Assembly (NCBI GenBank): GCA_051747585.1
Contig: JBNJGH010000087.1
Span: forward strand, 1,904-14,464
Source of the DNA: Candidatus Rifleibacteriota bacterium
Lineage (GTDB): Bacteria; Muiribacteriota; Ozemobacteria; Ozemobacterales; Ozemobacteraceae
Length of the DNA: 12,561 bases
Reading direction: 5' to 3'
The notes under the pieces were generated by a model that made no database searches, was not told where the DNA came from, and worked only from the letters and a program-made list of their open reading frames with translations. Positions 6,651 to 12,561 of the stretch are shown here, in pieces (the first letter of the stretch is position 1; the number at the start of each line of letters is the position of its first letter). The translations under genes were made by a program, and so were the position numbers.

Positions 6651-7301
6651 TCAGAAACCCGAATCGTAAGAATCGCCGCGACTGCCGGGGGGGAGAGCCG
6701 GCATCAGTGCGGGCACGTTCTTCTGCTGGCCTAGAGAGTTCATGTGATTAAGCAATTTCTGCTTAATTTCTTCAGCGCGTAATTGTCGGTCAGGATAAAT
6801 CCCTTTTCTTCTAGCTCTATAAACCATTTCATTCATTTTCTGGTCTGAATCCGATGGAAGCGCTTGTGGCTTTTCCATAACTGCCTGAGGGCCAATCGGA
6901 GTGACTTCAACCGGATTGGGGTTTGAAGGCAGGATTGGCGGTGGAGGAGTAACAGATGGTGAAACGGGGTCTATTTCGGGTGCGGCAGGTGGTGCCAGTC
7001 GATCCAGTTTCTTGCGATGCTCTGCCATTGCCAGTTCCCAGGTATAGACATCAGGCTCATAAATAACTGGAGAATTGTGCTCTTTAATTCCGTGGACATA
7101 AGCCCTTTTGTTTTTATCAAAAACATCATGACCGGTTTTTGGATAAATACCATCACGTATCATATTTTCAGAGAAATCGAGGAATTCCATCTGCTGACGC
7201 ATGCTTCCTTCAAGAACGGCAAAGGCAGGCAAACTTACGATCAAAGCCAACAAAAAGGCTGCCAGAAGTCTTTTGGCAATCAATATACTATTTTTTCGCA
7301 T
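6651..7301 (-). CDS. Hypothetical exported protein with Pro-rich linker
   Basis: GGAGG SD, signal peptide ending PAFA, central Pro-rich stretch APPAAPEIDPVSPSVTPPPPILPSNPNP, followed by a terminator. Confidence 0.8.
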   Translation of the reverse strand: MRKNSILIAKRLLAAFLLALIVSLPAFAVLEGSMRQQMEFLDFSENMIRDGIYPKTGHDVFDKNKRAYVHGIKEHNSPVIYEPDVYTWELAMAEHRKKLDRLAPPAAPEIDPVSPSVTPPPPILPSNPNPVEVTPIGPQAVMEKPQALPSDSDQKMNEMVYRARRKGIYPDRQLRAEEIKQKLLNHMNSLGQQKNVPALMPALPPGSRGDSYDSGF

Positions 7302-7377
7302 TTTCTCCTCCAGAAAAGGACTGATTGTACAACAAGAGAATGTGTTAAACAGCAGAGGTTATGTCAAGAAAAAAACT

Positions 7378-7408
7378 AAAAAAAATAAGGGACTTGCAAA
7401 AAAGCCCC
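7378..7408 (-). terminator. Intrinsic terminator of the hsp20 operon
   Basis: Minus strand GGGGCTT-TTTTGC-AAGTCCC followed by TTATTTTTTTT, about 25 bp after the stop at 7434. Confidence 0.75.
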
Positions 7409-7433
7409 CAATTTTAAAATTTTATTGTAGCAA

Positions 7434-7835
7434 TCAGCTGAATTTTACATCAATAGTTCTAGGCTTAAGTTGTTCGGCTTTGGGGAGATACAGAGACAAT
7501 ACTCCGTTCTTTAATTCTGCCTCAATGTTACCTTGATCTACAGAGTCGGTAAGCTCGAACTGCCTGAAGTAATTTGAAGGTTCAAATTCACGGAACAAAT
7601 AGTCACGTTCTTTATTGGCTTCAACATGACCTTCGATGGTCAAAATGCTATTTTCCACCCTGATTTTCAGTCCGTCTTTATCTACTCCAGGAAGATCAAC
7701 TTTTAAATACAAACCATTTTCTTCTTCAAAAATATCGCTTAAAGGTGTTACATATGCCTTTGGGTTTCGGGTAACTTCTCTTTTCATTACCGCGTTTTCA
7801 TTCTTTTTATTTTCAGGAATTGTTTTTTCAGCCAT
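7434..7835 (-). CDS. Hsp20 / alpha-crystallin family small heat shock protein
   Basis: PLSDIFE..VDLPGV..ILTIEG..YFRQFEL..IEAELKNGVLSLYLPK..PRTIDV. AAGGAG SD 8 nt before ATG 7835. Confidence 0.95.
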   Translation of the reverse strand: MAEKTIPENKKNENAVMKREVTRNPKAYVTPLSDIFEEENGLYLKVDLPGVDKDGLKIRVENSILTIEGHVEANKERDYLFREFEPSNYFRQFELTDSVDQGNIEAELKNGVLSLYLPKAEQLKPRTIDVKFS

Positions 7836-7864
7836 GATCATCTCTCCTTTCTTACTTAAAAATT

Positions 7865-8311
7865 TTAGTCAAGCTTAATATCGATCTGACGAGGTTTGGC
7901 TTCTTCTGCCCTGGGCATTGAGATTTTCAGTATACCCTGCTTATACTCGGCCTCAACCTTATCAGCATCTATTGGTGCAGGCACTTCTATAGTTCTGGTA
8001 AATTTGCCGGCTGCTCTTTCGTTGCGATGAAACTTGTCGTCAGAAATATCCAACTTTGCTTTTTCGCCGCTTATTGTAAGCTTGTCACGCATAGCTGAAA
8101 CTTTTAGTGATTCTGTATCGAGACCTGGAGCAAGAGCTTCGACATAGATGTTTTGATCGTCGCCATAGACATTCATAAGCGGGAAGTGACGAGCAGAAAC
8201 ACCTGGCAGAAAAGCCATTCTTGGCCAGTCTTCCAAACCGCCAAACCGAGAAAGATCACTTAGCTGTGACTGCAATGATTCCATTTCTGTCAGCAGATTC
8301 CATATAGACAT
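7865..8311 (-). CDS. Hsp20 / alpha-crystallin family small heat shock protein
   Basis: FPLMNVY..VEALAPGL..LTISGEK..FHRNERAAGKFTRTI..VEAEYKQGILKISMPR..PRQIDI. AGGAGG SD 8 nt before ATG 8311. Confidence 0.95.
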   Translation of the reverse strand: MSIWNLLTEMESLQSQLSDLSRFGGLEDWPRMAFLPGVSARHFPLMNVYGDDQNIYVEALAPGLDTESLKVSAMRDKLTISGEKAKLDISDDKFHRNERAAGKFTRTIEVPAPIDADKVEAEYKQGILKISMPRAEEAKPRQIDIKLD

Positions 8312-8366
8312 ATTCAAGTCCTCCTTTGAATATATAAACTTGATTTAACTCACGCCAATATATATC

Positions 8367-8382
8367 GCAAAGGCCGTGCCAA
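8367..8382 (-). promoter_or_regulatory. Sigma-54 (-24/-12) promoter of the hsp20 operon
   Basis: Minus strand TTGGCACGGCCTTTGC matches TGGCACG-N4-TTGC exactly, about 55 bp upstream of ATG 8311. Confidence 0.9.
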
Positions 8383-8436
8383 CTTCGATATTTTCAGTTA
8401 TAATGAGGGTTACAGAGATTAAAAGCAAAAAATGTC

Positions 8437-8514
8437 ATTCAATCTGCTACGTTGAATTGTTTTTCTGATACGTTGCATTACGTCGCATTCATTACTGCAT
8501 TCTCAAAATGCATT
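8437..8514. promoter_or_regulatory. Candidate upstream activator (enhancer) region for a sigma-54 activator
   Basis: TGCATT-N5-AATGCA palindrome (8496-8512), ATTCAA-N9-TTGAAT (8437-8457), and three TACGTYGMATT repeats (8448, 8469, 8479), lying about 80-160 bp upstream of the predicted start site. Confidence 0.5.
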
Positions 8515-8527
8515 TGTCGGGTAAAAG

Positions 8528-9343
8528 TTATTCGAGAAAAAGCTGAGGTGAAAGCATTTTTTCAGCGAAAGGGCCTGATTCAAGGCTATAGATGGTAAGA
8601 AAAGTACAGTTACGGGCAACTTTCGCGTCGCGCATAATAATCAGTCCGTAATCGTTCCATTCACCGGAAATTTTGTAATGCTCAAATTTTCTTTTGTATA
8701 TTTCGGTTACGTCTATTATTGCAACCGGATCATTCTTATAGCCAAGCACCCCTGTACTGCTTACAGTAGCTTGATAGTCACCGCCGGGATTTGTCCAGTG
8801 CAAAAAAGGGCCGGCAGTGTGCCAGGTACAACCATCGAACTGGTTTTCACGAACTTGAAACCTGCCTGTTCCTTCTGTGAAAGGTTTTGTCAACGGGTAG
8901 ACTCTGACAGGAACCTGCTGTTTAATCTGTTTTTCGGCAACAACCAGTCGCAATGTGGCTTTTTTCAACACAAAAGTTTCAGGGTTTATTCCCGCAGCAG
9001 CAAAGCCCTTCATTACATCAAAAGAAACCAGATAACGCAAGCCGGTCAAAAAGCCCCAGGAGCCTATTTGTCCTGAAAGATCCCGGCCGGAATTTCTATT
9101 AGATTTGTAAGCTCGGTTTTGAGAATTTAGGTGTCTGATAAAAGCGTCTTTGCCTTCTCGAATCACTATTCGATTTTTTCTGCCTGCAGGCGGATACCAG
9201 GGCCAGTCAATTTTCTTAAGGCATTTCGGGCAAACCGCCGTACTGCTCTTAACCCGATAATCGCAACTCGGGCATTGCTTAACTGCCAATAATACAGTTG
9301 GAATAATTAACAAAAACAAGAACAGCAAAAAAATTCTTTTCAT
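8528..9343 (-). CDS. Exported protein with N-terminal CxxC-x10-CxxC ribbon and DNRLRE-like (disaggregatase-related) domain
   Basis: Signal peptide MKRIFLLFLFLLIIPTVLLA, then CPSC..CPKC. Motifs DAFI, RYLVSFD, ATLRL, FTEGTG..TW..WTNPGGDY, IDVTE, NDYGLII, YSLES..PQL. An alternative TTG start at 9355 overlaps the upstream stop. Confidence 0.7.
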   Translation of the reverse strand: MKRIFLLFLFLLIIPTVLLAVKQCPSCDYRVKSSTAVCPKCLKKIDWPWYPPAGRKNRIVIREGKDAFIRHLNSQNRAYKSNRNSGRDLSGQIGSWGFLTGLRYLVSFDVMKGFAAAGINPETFVLKKATLRLVVAEKQIKQQVPVRVYPLTKPFTEGTGRFQVRENQFDGCTWHTAGPFLHWTNPGGDYQATVSSTGVLGYKNDPVAIIDVTEIYKRKFEHYKISGEWNDYGLIIMRDAKVARNCTFLTIYSLESGPFAEKMLSPQLFLE

Positions 9344-9351
9344 AATTTGAA

Positions 9352-12228
9352 TCAAGGCTTTTGCTTCATCTCAACCTTTACTTTGTTCAGCATTTTCATT
9401 GCATAGGTGCCCTGTTGGCTTTTACTACCGGCAGTTTTGCCTACCCGATCAAAAACCTGAACAGCTTCTTTATAGGCCCGGCGCCGATAATAGACCATTC
9501 CAAGGTTGAGTTTGAGGGTTATATCCTGCGGGTTAAGGTTAGTAGCCATCACATAAGCTTTTGTGGCATCAATAAGTTTGCCGGTTTTATAATAAAGGTT
9601 ACCCAGAGCAGAATAGACATAAGCAGCTTTCGGATTAATTTTAACAGCTTCCTTAAGTAGTTTTTCAGCTTCCCGCAGAGCTCCCAGGCGCATCTGCTTC
9701 ATTCCCTGACTAAATACCTTCTGAAATTTTTCCTGGCGCTTTCGAGCCTCATTAAAGGCTTTTTCCGTCTTTTCGAACTCCTCGGGAGAAAGTATGCTTT
9801 CAAGAGCCGCCATGGCTTCACGATTTATTGCGGGATCACGTTCTTTTAAAGCCTCGATTATCACCGGCTTAGCCTCGACTGCCTTCATAGTCCCCAGTCC
9901 TTTAATCGCAAGGCGTCGCTCTTCCCAGATGTTATCACGGCGGGCGAGACGAATAAGCTCAGCAACTATATCCGGATTACCAATTTCGGCAAGCCCTTGA
10001 ATATAAGCAAGTCTTGGCTCCAGTTCCCGTTCTTTGTCAAAACGGTTTTTAAGCTCCTGGTAGCAACGCGGATGATTTATGCGAGATAAAGCTTTGATAA
10101 TATGAGGTTTTAAATCAAGAGTATCTTCATCCAGAAGCCTGAGCAAATCAGAAAAAGCTCTTCTAGCTCTCATTTCACCGAGAATTTTTATTGCCTGGTA
10201 TTTTAACGACCAGGATTCACGCTGAAGAGCTGAAATCAAGCCCGGAACAGCCCTTTCATCGCCGATGTTACCAAGTGCCGAAATAGCTGCCATCGCCAGA
10301 TCCTCATCATCGTCATCAAGAGCTTCGAGAAGAGGCAAAACGACAGAACCCTCGCCTATTTTTCCAAGAGTATCAGCTGCAGCAATTCTTGTTGGCCAGA
10401 ACTCATCTTTTAAACAGGGTAAAACAACTTGGCTGTCATTTTCATTGCCAATCTGCCCAAGAGCAAGAACGGCCTGACGTCTTACTTCATCTGCTTTACT
10501 GTCAAGCAACCCTACGATTTTATCATGTGCTTCCGGTTTAAAACCTGTAAGGGTTTTTCTGATCCAGAAATTGACGTGCTCATCATACTTACCAAGACCG
10601 CGACAAAGTCGTGGAACTATAACCTCTTTATCCATACGTTGAAAGGTATTGCTGACGCTTTCAAGTAATTTGCGTTTATCGCTTTTCAACAAGGCAAACA
10701 GATCTTCAATTACTTCTGTACCATAGTTTGCCAGAGCTTTCTCGGCTGCGTCGCGGATTGCTTCCGAAGGATCTTCGAGAGCTTTGAAAAGCAGAGGCAA
10801 CGAAATGCTTGAACCAATTTTACCAAGAGATCTTAAAACCCAGTATCTAACTTCAGGATCAGATGAATCAGTTGCCAGGGCCGTAAGTTCCATCAGCGCT
10901 TCGTCTTTATAATTTCCCAGCACGTCTGATGTGGTTTTTCTAATGGTCCAGGATTTATCTTTGAACAATCTAATAAGTTCAGGATAGATACCAGCCGGCT
11001 TTATAATACCTATACAACGCAGTGCCCAGTATCGCACGTCTTCTTCAATAGAATTAAGCGCCTTAAGCAAATATGGAACCGCTTTTCCCTTGAATTTCAC
11101 AATAGCTTCACAGGCATGCTTTCTTACGATCCATGCCGGGTCAAGAAATCGCTCTATCATTATGGGTATAGAATCGGGAATCAGATAATTTCCCAGAGCT
11201 TCGAGGGCCGCCATGCGAATTTCCGAATCAGAATCCGACACATAGCGACAGACTTCTTTGTAAGCACTCTTTTCACGCATTCTTCCCAGAATTTTTATAG
11301 CCCAGTATTTTCTTTCTTTATCCTGGCTCTCCAGAGAAGAAACAAGAGGATAAACTGCTTCACTGCCCATTTCGGTAAGAGCTTGAGCAGCAAGGGCCCG
11401 GCCCATCCAGTATTCGCTTGATAATGATTCCATCAAATAAGGTATTGAATGAGTCCCAAAATCTTTGAGTATTTCGTAAATCAGATCTCTGATTTGCTCT
11501 GAAGGCTGCGAAAGCGCCTCAAAGAGCTTGCTGGCAACATCAGGATCTCCAATTTCTCTTAATCCTCTTAATGCAGCTATTCTAACTCCTGTGTCGCTAT
11601 CATGCAGTTTTTCAAGCAATATTGGAATATGTCTGCGATCTCGCAAATGCCCCAGACACATGGCCGCCCAGAATCTTAGATTGCTGTCTTCGTCTTCTAA
11701 GGCTGATTTAAGTGCATCGGCAGCTTTAGCACCTATGCGCTTAACCGCCATAGCAGCTCTAGACCTGACTTTCCATTCTTTATCGCCAAATAGTCTAATT
11801 AATAAAGCCAGGCTGGTTTCAGGGTTTCTGGCCAGGCTTCTGGCCGCCATATTTGCTACAGCATCTTTAGAGTCTCTGATAAGACTCATTAATGATTGAA
11901 CTGCTCTTTCATCGTGGCAACGGGCAAAAGAATGGGCCACTCTCAGCCTTACATCAGCCGACTTGTCGTGCGAAAGAGGTAAAAGCAGCAGGGCAAGATT
12001 TTCGGGGTTAATCATGCTTAAGGCTTCAACGGCAGCGCACCGCACTTCGCGCGAGCGATCCTGCAAAACCTGTTGTAAAGGTTCTACTGCAATAGGCGTT
12101 TTTAAGCGTCCCAGTTCCTTTACTGCTTTCAAACGTTTAGTAATAAGAGTTGAGCGCAGGTCTGTAACCAGATCTTCTACTTCAAGCTGAATTTTGCTGT
12201 CAACCTTTGATTTAAATTTTGCTGCCAT
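9352..12228 (-). CDS. HEAT-repeat (PBS lyase HEAT-like) solenoid protein with C-terminal TPR repeats
   Basis: About 26 repeats of the L-x-D-x3-VR-xxA-xxALG type counted by eye, then a charged helical linker and about 3 TPRs (e.g. YVYSALGNLYYKTGKLIDATKAYVMATNLNP). No signal peptide. Confidence 0.92.
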   Translation of the reverse strand: MAAKFKSKVDSKIQLEVEDLVTDLRSTLITKRLKAVKELGRLKTPIAVEPLQQVLQDRSREVRCAAVEALSMINPENLALLLLPLSHDKSADVRLRVAHSFARCHDERAVQSLMSLIRDSKDAVANMAARSLARNPETSLALLIRLFGDKEWKVRSRAAMAVKRIGAKAADALKSALEDEDSNLRFWAAMCLGHLRDRRHIPILLEKLHDSDTGVRIAALRGLREIGDPDVASKLFEALSQPSEQIRDLIYEILKDFGTHSIPYLMESLSSEYWMGRALAAQALTEMGSEAVYPLVSSLESQDKERKYWAIKILGRMREKSAYKEVCRYVSDSDSEIRMAALEALGNYLIPDSIPIMIERFLDPAWIVRKHACEAIVKFKGKAVPYLLKALNSIEEDVRYWALRCIGIIKPAGIYPELIRLFKDKSWTIRKTTSDVLGNYKDEALMELTALATDSSDPEVRYWVLRSLGKIGSSISLPLLFKALEDPSEAIRDAAEKALANYGTEVIEDLFALLKSDKRKLLESVSNTFQRMDKEVIVPRLCRGLGKYDEHVNFWIRKTLTGFKPEAHDKIVGLLDSKADEVRRQAVLALGQIGNENDSQVVLPCLKDEFWPTRIAAADTLGKIGEGSVVLPLLEALDDDDEDLAMAAISALGNIGDERAVPGLISALQRESWSLKYQAIKILGEMRARRAFSDLLRLLDEDTLDLKPHIIKALSRINHPRCYQELKNRFDKERELEPRLAYIQGLAEIGNPDIVAELIRLARRDNIWEERRLAIKGLGTMKAVEAKPVIIEALKERDPAINREAMAALESILSPEEFEKTEKAFNEARKRQEKFQKVFSQGMKQMRLGALREAEKLLKEAVKINPKAAYVYSALGNLYYKTGKLIDATKAYVMATNLNPQDITLKLNLGMVYYRRRAYKEAVQVFDRVGKTAGSKSQQGTYAMKMLNKVKVEMKQKP

Positions 12229-12300
12229 TCCTGTTAAACCCCTGAAAAGATAGTTTTTAAAGCTTTAATTTCACTTTCTGACAATAGAATATCATTATTT

Positions 12301-12328
12301 ACTTTAAGTGACTAAACCTAATTGTCAA
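12301..12328 (-). promoter_or_regulatory. Possible sigma-70 promoter for the HEAT-repeat operon
   Basis: Minus strand TTGACA (12328-12323), 16-bp spacer, TAAAGT (12306-12301). Confidence 0.3.
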
Positions 12329-12440
12329 TCTGCAGAAAATTTTAATAAATTCGCTCTTTACCCGCTATTCTCGGTCAATCATTATCAGTTGGAAACCAAA
12401 AGTTCTGGTATTATTTCTTTCTGTCAAATATAGAATTTCA

Positions 12441-12467
12441 ACCACTGAGGCCACCGAGGGCACAGAG
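12441..12467 (+). repeat. Three tandem degenerate 9-mers (NNCACNGAG)
   Basis: ACCACTGAG GCCACCGAG GGCACAGAG, GC-rich within AT-rich intergenic DNA. Confidence 0.6.
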
Positions 12468-12494
12468 TTGATTTTTTAATCTTTTTCAGCCAGG

Positions 12495-12540
12495 ATTTGT
12501 CCACAGGACAAATAGCCGGCGGTTTCACCGCCCGGCTTTT
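12495..12540. repeat. Two abutting hairpins (REP-like, or terminator-like on +)
   Basis: ATTTGTCC-ACA-GGACAAAT (12495-12513) is immediately followed by AGCCGGCGGT-TTC-ACCGCCCGGCT (12514-12537, one bulged C) and a short T run. Confidence 0.55.
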
Positions 12541-12561
12541 CCTTCGTCAGCAAGCCTTCAG

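Noticed and set aside
7324..7367. TTGACA and TACAAT upstream of the Pro-rich gene as a single promoter
   Set aside because: The two boxes are 32 bp apart, and neither has a good partner at 16-18 bp.
8318..8400. CIRCE operator or ROSE thermometer upstream of hsp20
   Set aside because: No TTAGCACTC-N9-GAGTGCTAA. The TTGGCAC belongs to the sigma-54 box, and the predicted ~45-nt AT-rich leader has no SD-sequestering stem.
226..12190. Short alternative-frame and antisense ORFs in the track (e.g. 226-435, 2823-3119, 4422-4715, 5031-5354, 7017-7379, 8678-9076, 11528-11899)
   Set aside because: All overlap well-supported CDSs and show no recognisable motifs. They are best explained as shadow ORFs.
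1..12561. Prophage, defence island or autonomous mobile element
   Set aside because: No integrase, transposase, phage structural gene or recognisable defence domain, and no obvious compositional break by eye.

Overview
Bacterial chromosomal window with 12 supportable CDSs and no rRNA, tRNA, CRISPR array, transposase or integrase. + strand: a secreted Zn-dependent phospholipase C / S1-P1 nuclease-fold protein with a C-terminal ComEA-like helix-hairpin-helix domain, then a basic SLH-domain protein. - strand, in transcription order from the right: a 958-aa HEAT-repeat/TPR protein, an exported CxxC-CxxC + DNRLRE-like protein, two tandem Hsp20 genes behind a consensus sigma-54 promoter, a Pro-rich exported protein, an EamA/DMT transporter, thiol peroxidase tpx, and a coupled ABC ATPase / permease / TPR-like trio resembling pilH-pilI-pilG. 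The most notable non-coding signals are: (i) a palindromic repeat family (TGTCATTGCGA..GAAGCAATCT plus a conserved tail) with copies at 26-110 and 5411-5578 that bracket 5.3 kb in inverted orientation; (ii) a perfect 27-bp palindrome centred on the ABC ATPase start codon and overlapping a TATAAT box; (iii) two probable leaderless promoters; (iv) a sigma-54 promoter with phased upstream repeats. All protein family calls come from reading motifs by eye; no database searches were run.
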